A DNA stretch of 64,000 nt from Chrysomallon squamiferum. Lineage: Eukaryota > Animalia > Mollusca. The translations under genes and the position numbers were made by a program. The stretch is taken from assembly GCA_012295275.1 (NCBI GenBank), contig CM022670.1, forward strand, positions 34,286,001-34,350,000, written 5' to 3'. Shown piece by piece: positions 29,003 through 43,517 of this stretch. The notes beneath the pieces are model-generated. The model was not told the origin of the DNA. It saw only the letters and a list, made by a program, of their open reading frames with translations, and searched no databases. Positions within the stretch are counted from its first letter, which is position 1. The number at the start of each line of letters is the position of its first letter.

Positions 29003-29782
29003 TTATTATTATCATACCTATCACTATTAATACGACAACTGTTAGTACTACTACTATCACTATTGCTACTACCACTACTACGAGTACTAATTCTATTAGT
29101 ACGAATGTTACTACTACTACAGTATATATATTACATTTGTGTGTAAAATAAAAAATCTCAAAAACTTAAAAACTTCTTATTTTTAACTGAAGTGTTTCTT
29201 TGCTGGTATACACCAACAGCATATATATACATATAAAGCCCAGTTTTTTATTACCTTGACTTTTTCTGTCCAATAATACCTGAGCCCCCTGTGGGGCCAG
29301 TACACAATCTATGCTGTCATATTGAAGCAATGCACTAATTACACACATAATCATCAGGTCTTGTCAGGTTCTCTCTGTGTGAACGAACTCGCAACATGAC
29401 TGTAACAGCTGCGGGGCCGCGAACTCGCAACATTTCGGTTCCTGGTCCAAGGTTAAAAAAACTGCGTAATCACGGCCACTAATTTCAATGTTACTTTCCT
29501 TTTTTTTTCTTTTTTTTTTTTTTACAAACTGCCATTTCTGTGTACGAAATAATACGACCAAAAAAACCCAGACTTGTTGAAGATTGTAATATTTTGTTGT
29601 TATCCTTTATTATCAGCAAACGTTGGTTGTCATTAAAAAAACAAATCCATGCGGGTTGATGGACTTTATTATTTTAATATAATCTGCTGTTATTAACAGG
29701 TATTGGTTGTCTGAAATAAAACAGCAACATGGAAGCATACAAAATGTGTTTAACTCATTTGTGAAGATTGTCTTTAAATATG

Positions 29783-29821
<39 letters not shown>

Positions 29822-31439
29822 ACACACCTATATTCTGCATGTATATATAATAATAACACGTAAATAAAGACGATTGATTACCTTGATAGGAGACGACCTC
29901 GAATTCGGTTAAGAACATCCTTCAAGCTATGGATCATCGTAAACTGAAGACGTAAGGATATAATCAGCAAGTGTTTACTGAGAAAATATTGAAATGTGGT
30001 CAGCACGTGGCTAGAAAAGGTCACCACAGTCTGATGGGTGCACACATTCTGGCCTTTAAATAAGACGTATGTACACGTTCATCTGGCAGTGTCTTGCATA
30101 ACGTTCTTGAAATAAGGTTACAGAAATATTATGTACATGTGTTAAATGCATAGAAATGTGCAGAAAGATCTGTATCTTCGATGATTTAGTGTTAATGTAG
30201 GTGTTTGTTGTTACAGAATGCCATGTTGATGTGAAACTACAGTGTATATTATGTTTCTAACCTTATCAGAATCGAATTAAGGATTCATATTTCATTATTA
30301 AAATACGTTTTATTACGCAAGCTGTTAATTTTATTCCATGAAGTAAATTTGAAAACGTGTTCCAATAAATATACATAACTGAACCCATTCTCTCTCTCTC
30401 CCCACTGAAATAACTGTTAACAGTTATAATATATATAACATAGAGCAGTTTAAAAAATAGAAAACGTTAATAAACTAATTTAGTCAATTTTAGCTGTGGT
30501 AGGAAGTTGGCGAAATTATGCAATCATTCGAAAATAGCTCAATGATTAACTTTCCTGTAAAAGGCATTCCGTTAGGGAATTGGTAACCCCATTCCGAAGT
30601 AAGATCATTCAACTAGGGCTGCAGCGCACAGATTTAAAACATTACACGTGTTAATAATGTTCACTTATCCACACTAATTAGTCAGTTTATGAAACACACT
30701 GAAATAACAGATAACAGATTCAGTTCTAGACATAAATGATGAAACGACAAAAGGAATCACCAACCGTCTTCGAGTGATTTTTTTAAATTTCTTTCTGCAG
30801 ACAGTTTCGAATCTCCTTTGCGATTAAATATAATTTATGTATTTAATATTAAAACTGTTGATTTCTCTAGTTTATACAGAGCCTACGTCATGAAGAGACA
30901 CGGCAAACCATTTTTTTTTTTTTATTTTTTATTTTTTATACTTTATGCTTCTTCACTGAGAGAAAATTGTGAGCGACAGCAGACAGAGAAGACAGACAAG
31001 GACTAATAGCTGACATCTGGTTTTCTTAATTATATGTCTTAATTTTTAATTATACCTACTGATAGACTCCCATCAGAACATCTGCTTGGTGAGCTTATTC
31101 GTGCCTCCTACGCTTCAGATATTTACATAGTAAACTCAATTAAAAACACCCACAACGTACAGCTAGAATCAAAAGACAAACACATTTTCTTTTGCACCTT
31201 CCTTGTAATAACAGTTATCATTATAAATACTAGGCTCGTCTGAATGTGTTTTATTTTCCTCTTTCTTCTTTTCTTCTTCTTCTTCTTCTTTTGTTTCCTT
31301 AATTCTGTTCATGAATGTAATTTATGTGCACGTTGGAGAGAGGAACAGAAAAAAAAGAGCCTGAAAGAGAGAGACTTATATAATAGTTGAAAAACAATAT
31401 TTTAGTGCACATACATCATTATTCGATCATTAACACACA

Positions 31440-31480
<41 letters not shown>

Positions 31481-32656
31481 TATAAAATATTATATGATTA
31501 AAGCACTCACAGAGCAGCCACAACAACATTAAAAAACAATGATCATATTGTTAATGATGATGATAATGTTTGTAAAATGATGAAAATGATAACGATCATG
31601 GTGACGATGGTGACGATAATGACGTTGACGATAAGGAGTTGATGATGAAATAACCAAGAACATACAACACTTTATTTTTCAACACTACAGTAACGAAGAG
31701 TAATCTGTGCGGAGTTTCACTATTAAAGCTGTCGTCTTATATCACATTAAACAAGACTCTCTCAGCCCAGCGCGTTCTCGGTGCAATACACTGACTGCGT
31801 GTTCCTGCTTTCCAATAAGAATCGAGTGACAAAGTGTCAGTCTACAGAATTCAATTACTCTTTAACTGCTGCGATGTAAAGACGGTGACAATTTGCCATT
31901 ATTCAAACTGGAAGCTATCACTTCATTTTCAGTTTTAACTATTTCGGTCTCATCTAAGTTGAGGTAACCTAGATAGGGACGTTGTTGTTGATGATGTTCT
32001 TGGTCGCCGATTCTCTGGGGTCCGAGAATGGAAGAGTTTGTTTGTTTGTTTGTTTTTGTTTAATTATTATATTATATTATTTATTTATTTATTTTTAATT
32101 ACCTTTTTTCTAACATCATGTTACAAATTTTATTGGATATTTCCATATAATTTCAATTGGTTTATTTACTTAATTAGAATATTTACCAACATATTTCTAC
32201 ACCTACATTTTGAAAATTTCTAACCTTGTCTTATAAATATAAGACTGATGAATATTTTACCTTTGTACACTCATCCAAAAAAAAAACTAAAAGTAATAAC
32301 GGTGAGAAAAAGCATTAATTAATTGTGTATAATACAAATATTGTTTTGTCGGAAATATTCTGTGATGCACATGACGAAAGGGGAAAAATATTCTTTATTA
32401 ACTTCCAATTTCATTGTCTAAGAATGATTGATTGCAGCGGGCTGCAAAAGAAAAATCGAAAAACAAGAAACCAAAAGGTCGTGTTTGATCTCAGATAAGA
32501 GATTCTGATGAATATTTTTATATGTATTGTAAAAAGGTGTCTTTAGAAAGATTAAATCTTGGAATTAAAAAATAAAATACGTAGATTTGCAATACGCGGT
32601 TACTCACTGGCTAAACGACAGTAACATTTTGTAAATGAGGACAAGAGAGTTACAAT

Positions 32657-32771
<115 letters not shown>

Positions 32772-33180
32772 GTACTACATTAAAACAGAAATCACTTTTT
32801 TCTTTTTTCTTCTTTTTCAACTTGGCGTGTATGCGTGGATTTTCCTCATCAGTCAAAGAAAACGGAACTGAACAAACTGCTCAAAGACAGTAACAAAAAG
32901 CAGGTCAATGATGTAAATTAAACTCTAACAGTCTCTTCAAAAATAAATATATTTCATATTTGTGTATACAAACTGGTTTCAAGTTGTGCGCAAGAAAAGT
33001 AATATTAGTTACAAAGCCAGAGGCAAAACAGTTAACTAAATAAACAGGCCACTGCAAAACATCTGCAGCTGAAATGGAAATTTATTTACATTTAAACTTA
33101 CATTTTGCATACGGTTGCATTTAACCGAATTCAGTTTTTTATTTCTTTTATTTCTTTTTTATTTTTGTATTATTATTAAA

Positions 33181-33226
<46 letters not shown>

Positions 33227-34773
33227 TAATGATTTTGAAATATATAATTATAAATTATATACATACAACCTAATTTTCAAACAATATTTACATCAAAATA
33301 ACATTAATAGTATATAAACTAATCAAATTCTCAGTAATAACAACAAACAAACAAACAAAAAATATAATAATAACAATAATAATAATAATAATAATAAAAA
33401 TAATAATAATAATAATAGTAATAGTAGTAGTAGTGGTAGTAGTAATAGTAACAGTAACAGTTAGCAGTGGTAGTGGTAGTAGTAGTAGCAACAGCAGTAG
33501 TAGTAGTAGAAGTAGTAATGATATAAAATAATGATGATTATGATGACGATGATATTATAATAATAATTATTATTTTTGTTGTTGTTGTTGTTGTTGTTGT
33601 ATTTTATAGGGCTCTAGCTTGTGACGTCTAATCGAATAGTCTGTCCTTTTCCTCTTTCCATTAAATTTACCAAATAAAAATTCAACGTATTTGTGTACTG
33701 GAGTCAAGTATGTTCTTGAAATCTTTCCAATATTTTAATTTCCATTTTTAACCGAATCAGTAGTAATTCAAAAGAAAATTATATTATATCGCACAGGGGG
33801 GAAAAATGTTAAACAAAGGATGCATTAAAGTAATAGTCACATTTCCGAAAGAATTTGTGTTCATTATTTTTTTATACTATTATTATTATTATTATTTGTT
33901 TTTGTTTTTTCTTTATTGTTGTTGTTGTTGTTGTTGTAAATATCAAAAAAAAATTCTCTTCTTTTTTTTTCTTTTTTCTTTTTGACTGAAACGAAGTTGT
34001 TGACACTGAACAAAAAGTTTATTTTTAAAAAATCTTTCAGAAAATCATTAGATAATTGGCGAAAGAAATTTGTTCTCATTTTGATAAATTAAAATTTTGA
34101 TTTATTTTTTTATTCCTTATTATATTTAAAAGGTATTGAAGACACGGACATTGCTTTGACATTCTGACCTTCATTTAGTCCAATTAAATATTATTAAATG
34201 TAATTCGGAATATTTTTTTTTTTCTTTTTTTCTTTTCTTTACTTTTTTTTTTTTTTTTTTTTTTTGCAGCTGGTGTAATATTCTCCGTTAATCTCGAAAA
34301 AAAAAACACAAAAAATCCCCAACAAAACAAACGGAATAAATATTTACGTATTCAGCAACGAACGAATACCATCAAGAAAATATATCGACTGTAAAAATAT
34401 GCATTTATGAATGAATGTATGGATGCATGTATATACATATATCTGTGTATTTAGTATTTAGTATGCTGAATGTGTGTGTATACGTATGTACATATGTAAC
34501 AAGGTGCATTTACTTATTATATAGTTCACTTACTTGATAAGTACATGTCATTATTTAACACATATATCGCTCAGACATTTCACCTACATTGCGTTTCCAA
34601 TTTAACAGTCTAAACGCTAAAGGCATCTGACCTTCTAAAACTTGACCATGCCAGAATATTTCTGTGTCACACACAACACGCACTTCTGGGCTGACCGCCT
34701 AATTAGAAAACAGAACTCTACAGGCGGAGAAATGAAGTCATTGTACTGAAATATGCTTTCTTCTTCTTCTTCT

Positions 34774-34821
<48 letters not shown>

Positions 34822-35426
34822 GGTCATTTTGATGGTAACGCCATGCTTTGTTTGACAGCAGAAGCAAAAGTAAAGTTTATTGGTAATAATTTAGTTAATG
34901 TCTGGTATATTTTAAAGGATAAATATAATTATTAGGACTGTTAAGTGACACTGTACTAAACTGTAATACTAGTCTTCTGCGGAGGGAAATAAAAAAAAAA
35001 TCGGTCATTTTTTTAAAAAAACAACAATTTTAATCTTATAGAGCGTGTATCAAAATGGAAAGAAAATGATTTTTACATATAGATTTTTCTTTTATCTAGA
35101 AATGATATTTTCTAATTAATTAGAATGCGGGCATATATAGGTAAAATGTTTTAAAGAGATCAGTTTCAGTTATTAACTTTCTTTTCTTTCTATCTTTTTA
35201 TTTTTTATTTTTTATTTTTTTAATGGTTCCACATAGAATGAATAAAAAGTAGTGATGTCAAATATTGAAATTTTGGCTTACTTCCTTTCGTGAATTAATT
35301 TGTCTTTTAATTTCTGTATCTGTCTCCAGTTAGTCCACTGAAACACAATACAAGAGCAATGACTCAACTAGTGACTGAAGAATTAGAAGAATCCACATAG
35401 ATGTAGCCCATTACTTTTTAGATAAT

Positions 35427-35550
<124 letters not shown>

Positions 35551-36705
35551 GCAATGATTAATTTTACTCTTAATACTTCATCTTATAAAATGTTATTATC
35601 AAAATGTCAAAAGTAAAGTATAAATCCTATTTCCTCGCACGTTTAAAATATCGAGTCTCTTTTTCTACTTCTTCTTTCTTCTTAAATCCGACAGACACCA
35701 TTCCTAACACACACGCTCTTGGTGAACTCTTTAAAAGTACATTTGTAAGGAATACATCGGTGAAAAGTGTCTAATCACTGTTTACAAAGGAGGGCTTGTT
35801 TTGTTTTGGCCAGCACCTTCATTTCTGCCCGTCTCCATCTTGTAATTTAAAAAATTCGGAGTAGATGTCTTTTACCGTGATTGTTTGTTTTGTTGTTGTT
35901 GGGTTTTTTGTTGTTGTTGTTGGTGGGTTTTTTTGTTGTTTTTTTGTTGTTGTTTTTTTGTTTTGTTTTTAATTATTTAAATGTTATATTCAGTACATTG
36001 GTGTATTTGATTAACTATATAAAATGCTTTGGTAGGGCAGTAATCACTTGCGCATTGTATTCTGTATTATAATGTTCTATTTCATTACTTATACAAAATG
36101 TTTTACTGATGTTGTTACGATAGATTTTACTAATGCATGATAATAAAATAATCTATCTTCTTACTGTTTTATAATATAATAATAATACATATTATTATTG
36201 TTTTAATATACAGTCATGCATTGTATTACTGTTTTATAATATTATCATACAAATTGTTATTGTTTTATATCAATACTTCAAATGCTGAAGCTGTAAAAAA
36301 TGAATTAGGATACAGCAACTCTTAAAATTACAATAATAATTATTATATGCATATACATATCATCATTAATTAGCCTTGAAACGTTTATACATCAGTACTG
36401 AAGTAATTCGTAATATCACAGAGGAAATTAATATGTAATACCACACCTGTACTGTTAAATAACTGTGGTGGTGGGTATATAACTAATTTCTATACTAATC
36501 TGTATAATTAAGCTCTGAAGTGATAGTATCGAGTTGCCCTGAAATCTGAATATTATAATATTATACTTTTCATAGCTACTTATATTCACATAAAAAAAAA
36601 ATATATATATTAATATTTGTTAAAATTTTTAGTTTATTCCTTCTGTTTAGATGTTTTTGCTGCTACGTTTTCTGTATTTTGTGAGTATCCAGCATGAGTG
36701 CGCGC

Positions 36706-36752
<47 letters not shown>

Positions 36753-36838
36753 TGTATGTGTGTTATTTACTTACAGTATCCTGCAATGTGTGTGTATGTG
36801 TGTTTGTGTTCTTACATGTGTTTGCGGTGTGTGTGTGT

Positions 36839-37225
36839 TAGATGTATGTCGCTTCAAATGAATTTAAATAGGACATTTATGTGTTCGCGGGACCTTAAGA
36901 AAAAAAAACAAAACGTTTATTCACTTTACTCGGTACAGAAATATCCTTCCCTGATTCTCTATTAATTATTTTTCTGTTCGTACAGTTTTAAAAAAAACCC
37001 AATCAGTTGCGGTGTCACTGCATCATAGATGTATGTCGCTTCAAATGAATTTAAATAGGACATTTATATAGTTCATATGACCTTCTAGGTGGAAGCTTCG
37101 AAACGTTTAGTCTACTTAAATCGTCTTACATCGGTCACATCGGCCCGTTAATGTCAGTTAGACAACAGTCACTTTTAACGTTATTTTTCACCTGATTGTC
37201 GCTGTACAGTTTTAAAACACTGACT
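36839..37225. repeat. Diverged ~190-bp local duplication
   Basis: AGATGTATGTCGCTTCAAATGAATTTAAATAGGACATTTAT is identical at ~36840 and ~37027. Both copies are followed by shared GACCTT, AAACGTTTA and GTACAGTTTTAAAA blocks. Confidence 0.75.
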
Positions 37226-37490
37226 CGCGTTCAGTCTGTCGTCGTCCGTTCATCTTAAACATTTCCGCAAGCTGCACGTAAAGAACTGCTGCAGTAGCTC
37301 TGCCGTCTGTCTCTCTCTGGTCTGAATGACCGTCATCACTGGTCATTCGTCATTTGCCAACTTTGTCCCATCGCCTCGAGAAACAACCCACATATTTCCA
37401 CTGACTAGATAAAGTGCATTTCGATTGTCTGAATTCATTCATGGAAGTTGTCTGTCTCTGTAATTCGTTTCTCTTTTGGTCTCTTTTCTC

Positions 37491-37624
<134 letters not shown>

Positions 37625-37632
37625 ATCTAACT

Positions 37633-38754
37633 CAGTGGTTCTCAAACATTTTTAAGTCGGGGCACACTTGAAGCCTTACAAAAAATTGCAGGCACACTAA
37701 ACACAAAATGCTAAGAAATATAATGCAAAATGAAAAATACAGAAATAACTGAAAGAAAGATATTGCGGCTGAATCGGATGCGGAGCAGGCTGCTGAGGTT
37801 GTCTATCCTCATCTGTGTCAGATTTTTCATCATTTCTGTATGTTTGTTTTTTCTTCATCATTTATATTTAGAGATACCATAAACGGTTCTCTGATATATT
37901 TGGAATCTGTATTGTTTATTTTTTTTGTGAGAGATGTTCTGATATATTTAGAGTTCAGCCCTTGTGTGAGAGATGTTCACTGATATATTTAGAGTTACCG
38001 CCCTTTGTGAGAGATGTTCACTGATATATTTAGAGTTAAGCCCTTGTGTGAGAGATGTTCACTGATATATTTAGAGTTACCACCCTTGTGTGAGAGATGT
38101 TCACTGATATATTTAGAGTTACCGCCCTTTGTGAGTGATGTTCACTGATATAGTAAGAGTTATGCCCTTGTGTTAGAGATGTTCACTGATATATTTAGTT
38201 ACCGCGCCCTTGTGTGAGAGATGTTCACTGGTATAGAGTTACCGCCCTTGAGTGAGTATATACCTTTATTCATCATCTAATTTGTGCTGATAAGAAATTT
38301 GAGCCTGACAATTTCTCCAAAAATATTGCAATATAAAATACAAGGCAATGGACTGTTAAAATGTCAAAAAATTGTGTCAATCGTTTGTTTTTAACAAATG
38401 TAACACTCTAATAGGCTAAAATTCCATAAAGTATTAAAGTTTTAGATGGGTAGTGACTGTGACAGAGATAGGAATATGTGTCGCAAGAAAACTTTGGCTG
38501 TTTATCACATTTGCACACCCTATCACTCATACTGTCACTCATACTGTGCAGCCTTGAGCAGCCGCGCTTGATCATCAGCCAAAACCCGTTTTCAACGTTT
38601 ATAAAATCTTCTTCCGGGCAATCTTGCCGCTCTTAACATAATCAATTTTTTATCATGACAAATATCTACCTAGATCCTAGAATTTCGCTGGGGCACACCT
38701 AAGCATGTCTTCGGGTGCACCAGTATACCCGGGCACACCCTTTGAGAATTTCTG
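37633..38754. mobile_element. Non-autonomous hAT (Charlie/Buster-like) DNA transposon, 1122 bp
   Basis: Left end CAGTGGTTCTCAAA; right end TTTGAGAATTTCTG (revcomp CAGAAATTCTCAAA, 11/14 match). Perfect 8-bp TSD ATCTAACT at 37625-37632 and 38755-38762. Subterminal GGCACAC motifs at both ends (37661, 37691, ~38692, ~38732). No transposase ORF. Confidence 0.9.
37925..38255. repeat. ~42-bp minisatellite (about 8 copies) inside the hAT element
   Basis: Unit GTGAGAGATGTTCACTGATATATTTAGAGTTACCGCCCTTGT repeated head-to-tail with small variants. Confidence 0.9.
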
Positions 38755-40241
38755 ATCTAACTATATAGTTCTCTCTTCCGTTCTATATCTATCTGTCTAT
38801 TTCCATCTATCTATCTGTCTGTCTACCTCAAAGTCTCTGTCTCTCTTTCTGTCACTTTGTCACGAAGCCAGTGACTCAAATGACGTGTTATATCTCTTCC
38901 TGTTTATGGGTAAGTGCACACAGAAGATAATTTGTTGCTAATCCAAAACGAGGGTCTCACTGCGAGGTTAAAGTTGTTTCTTCTTTTTTTTTTTTTTTCT
39001 CTCATTATCCGAATCGGTCTTTACCACGTGTATTACGAGATACAATCGCAGTTAAGTCTGTCTGGTTCTCAGATTACTAATAGCTTTCTTCTACACAATT
39101 TCATCAACACTGTGTCTGCATCCTGCGTCATTATCGTGACTTACTGTGACGTAACTGGATTCTTCTAACCACCAGAATAACGTAAAAATAGAAAAAGTCG
39201 TGAGCTTTTCTTTTAGTCACTGGTATTGTGTGGAATAGAATTATAATATTAGTGTCTCTTTCTGTTGCAATACTGGATAATGTGAAACTGCTTTAAACCT
39301 TTTTCTGTATCCCATTATCTAAAGCTTAGACTCTAAGCTGTAATATGGAAGGCAAAACCATTTCACGTGGGTATCTAAGTATGACTGTAACTTGCATGAG
39401 CGTATCTGAAACATGACGATAATAGATAGCATTTATTCTTTATTGTTTGTGGATAGAGCGTGTTTATTAAAGTATCATAAATATACACCATAAGTACCAA
39501 AACTGTCTTGAACTGGTGAAATACGAATCTGACAGATCTGTTAAAAATAAATAAAATAAATCAGTAATGACGCCATCCGAGATAGTTTATGATGTTTCTG
39601 TTTTTTCCATTTATCGTCATCATCACTATCATCATCATCATTCATCCATAAATTATTATTATTGTTGTTGTTGTTGTTGTTGTTGATATTGATATTGTTG
39701 TTGCAGTTGTCATCGTCGTTTGTTTGTTTGTTTGTTTGTTTAAACAAGCAATAAATCTTTCTCTATTTCTTTGTATGTATATGTATATCAGTGTATAAGT
39801 GCGTGCGTAGGTGCGTGTGTGTGTGGTGGGGATTTATCTTCAAGTTTGTTTGTTTTGTTCTGATTCTGGCATTTCATTTCCTCCCTGATTTGTTTATGTG
39901 GGTGTTGTGTTTACGTGTGCTGCCGGTGGAAACGAGAGAAACGACGGCGTGATGTTGATGTTAGCACCGAGGTGTTGTTCACGAGACGCTTGTTAATGGA
40001 GACGCTTGGTGTATTTCTAGAACCGTCTACAGCAGAACTCAGAATACCAGACAAATTTGATTCTCATTAGTGAACACACCTTCGCCGTTCTGATCATTTG
40101 TCTACTTTTTTTTTTTTTTTTTTTTTCTCACCGAGGCAGTCAAATCTAATTGTCCGTTAACCTTGTGGGATTTAACCATAAAATATTTGTACGATTCTAA
40201 GGGTTTTACAATGCATCTGAACAATGGGTCTTTTTTCTTCT

Positions 40242-40287
<46 letters not shown>

Positions 40288-40384
40288 CAAGCAGTCTTTT
40301 AGTTTATGTAACATAAACATTTGTATATCCTGTTATGCTGGTTTAGCTTTTATCTAATCGAATCTAGTGCATCAGAACTTATTT

Positions 40385-40625
40385 ATAAAAAGTCTTAGTA
40401 TGTGGCTTTTTTTCTATTTGGGAATATGGAAGTAAAAGTTCCCTTGCTAGGTTTTTTACTCATGAAGAGCAGGTCATGAAGTTGTAGCAGAAAGGTACCT
40501 TTTATGTGATATTATCATGATTATAAAAACGACAATAAATCATAAACAAAAAAAAAAAAAAATACTGATTCCTAATAACCGTTAATAATAAATGCATTAA
40601 ACTGTGGTCGAACGTTCTCTCGTTT
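40385..40625 (+). mobile_element. Decayed SINE copy of the same family
   Basis: AGTATGTGG...TTTGGGAATATGGAAGTAAAAGTTCCCTTGCT core followed by a tail-like AATAACCGTT...AAATGCATT. Confidence 0.45.
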
Positions 40626-40846
40626 ATTCTTTCTTTCGCTAATCATTGACAGTTTTACAACGCTACATAAAAAATTAATATAAAAACACTGCGAAAATAC
40701 CATGAACGATAAATTTACAAGTAAACAAATGACAAAACACAAAATAACCATTAATAATAAAACATCCTAAGCTGCCATTAAATACTTATCCTTTTAATTT
40801 ACCGTTGTATCTATTCCTTGATCTGAGCTAAGGATATAATACGAGC

Positions 40847-40877
<31 letters not shown>

Positions 40878-41613
40878 TATTCATTAATTTTATTTCGTTT
40901 TCTTTCCACCTTATCATTATCAAACGTCTTAATCGTTTTACATTCTGAAAGATGATTGCGTAACATTCCCAGATCTCTGACTCGACATTCATTTGTCTTT
41001 TAGCTTGTTACCGGAGAAGACGTAAATCTCAAAACATTTCTACTCCGCGTTTCAGGACCTGAGTCATCTGTCTGCGGTACCGTTTAGTCAGTGTGTCAGA
41101 AGATCAGCTAGCGCAATGAGCTCATTATTTTGTTGTCTTGCGTCTTTACGGCCAGCTTTCGGTCGAATGTCGCACCGCGATGTGGTCTTTGTTCGCCAGC
41201 TGTCTCAAGACCAATGATTGTTTAAACCGTTGCATGCAGCCCTGGATTAACCATGAAGCAGTATAATCTCGTGCTTACGCTTCCAAGAAAAGGCGGTGCG
41301 TTGTAGCTGAAGCCGCTGAATTTTGAGGAATTTCAGACCCTTAGAAAAGCGTCTAATGATATAATTTTATTCTTTAAAAGAGTGGTTTGATTTTTTTAGA
41401 AAGGTTCTTTTTTTTTTTTTTTTTTTTAAATAAAATTTCGCATTCGTGTTTTTTCCCTTGTTGAAGAAGGTATAAAATATTGATGAGAATTTTTATTCCT
41501 TTCCCAGGCTTGAATTTGAATGAGCTTATTTGTATGTGTGTCTGCGTGCGAGGACTCCTGTATGCATAAGTAAACGATTGGTTTATACTGATTGCTTCAA
41601 TTTATGTTATATA

Positions 41614-41670
<57 letters not shown>

Positions 41671-43437
41671 AAAGAAAGCAAAAAAAAACAAAAAATCCAT
41701 TTATATTTAATGTAATTGTGTTTCTGGCCAGAGAATAGGTCTTGAAAAAAAACTGAATTTTAAATGTTTTAATCTTCAGCAATAACTATATGTTTTAATA
41801 TCGTGTCAGTTAAATAACAGAAGAGTCGAAGGTTATTGTAAGTATCAGGTTTACTTAATACGACACTGTCTTCACAGTCGAAGCTATGGTAAAAGTTTAT
41901 ATCTCACGTAAAGGTTCGGCTTTCTACTGGCACGTTGTAATGTTAATGTTTTATTTTAATAGCTGGACACTGAATCTAGCCTTTGATTTATTCGTTAGAT
42001 AATTATTGTGTTAACTGTAGCGAATAACGTTTCCCAAGCTAAAATATAAATAAATAAATAAATAAATAAATATTACAGTTATTAATATCTATATTCTTAT
42101 CTTGCTTAAATTTCATTATAGCTATTTTTTTAATCTTAATCGTTGTGTTTTGTGTTTTTTTGTTTGATTTAAAGCTATCGTTTATTTTAATTTTGTTGTT
42201 ATATATCTGAGACGCATTTAAATTTTTGTTTCGTTTTGTTATTTAAATTTCTGAGAGAATAGTGTTATTATATTTTGTTTTTATAAGATAAGAAGTCATA
42301 TTCCACGAAAATTAAAAATGATAATAACAAAAACAAATCAAGACATCAACATATTGTTTTTTTGTTGTTTTTTTTGTTAATTTTCTGTCTTTCTTCGTTG
42401 ACTTTTTTTTCTGTAACCTATTGTGCTTTTCTTTCCTTTCATTATTCCCCTTGCTTTTTCTTTCTGTTTTTTTTTTTTTTTTTTTTTTTCTGTTTTTGTG
42501 TGTGCGTCTTCATTTTCTTCTTTCTTCAGTCTTCTTTTATATCTTTTCCTTTCCTTTTTAGCATTTTTCTTTTCTTTTCTTTTCTTTTTGACCAAATTAA
42601 ACTGCGGTGAATAGGAGAGATGAGTTCTGTGGGCAAACAAAACCACGTTTATCCTGTTTTTTTAACGCCACATATTGTTTGACGTTATTTAATTAAGCGA
42701 CATGTCAAGGAGAAAGGCAATGCAATTTTCTTCTCATGAACGTCAATTTGTCAGTCACTGCTTCATAGTGACATGACACTGTCGTTCCTGGAGATAACTG
42801 CAAACAGAAATGAATGCGTAAAATTGCCCAATTTGACATGAGCTGAATTAGTAAGTGAAGAGATTTTTTTTGCAACATTAATCCCGCATGTTTTTGTGTT
42901 GAAACGTTTTGGTTATCCGTTGTGTGTTCCAACAAGACTTGTGTATCCTGTATAGGATGTGCAGTTATACGTATTTAATTTAATTAATGAAAGAGATTCT
43001 GACACAAGAGTGTATAACAACATCAACAACCTTATAAAAATGGTCATGATTATTGTTATTGTTATTACCATCATCGTCATCATTAGCAGCATCAATTGCA
43101 GCAGAATTTTTCTATTACTACTACTACGATTGCCATCGTAACCACTACTAATACTACTAATACTATTACTATTATTATTGTTGTTGTTGTTGTTGTTGTT
43201 GCTGTTGCTGCTGCTGTTGTTATTTTTATTATTATTACCATTATCATTATTATCATCATCATCATCATTGTTAATGTTGTGATTGTTGTGATTGTTGTTT
43301 TTGTTGTTGCTGTTTTCAGCGTACTGCAGCTCTGGTACATCAAAGATATGTGATTTTCATGAAAGAACATACTAAATTCAAAACTGCCCTATCTAATCAA
43401 AACGGGAGCCTAAAAATGTTCTGTTCTCCATTTTCTA

Positions 43438-43517
43438 TTCACAACTCAATGACGCATTCAGCAGTGCTGTATGTTCACAACTGAATGACGCATTCAGCAG
43501 TACTGTATGTTCACAAC
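43438..43517. repeat. 36-bp tandem duplication
   Basis: TTCACAACT(C/G)AATGACGCATTCAGCAGT(G/A)CTGTATG x2 plus a partial third copy. Confidence 0.85.

Noticed and set aside
37925-38255. 42-bp array as a CRISPR array
   Set aside because: Head-to-tail units with only point variants and no spacers; it lies inside a TIR element.
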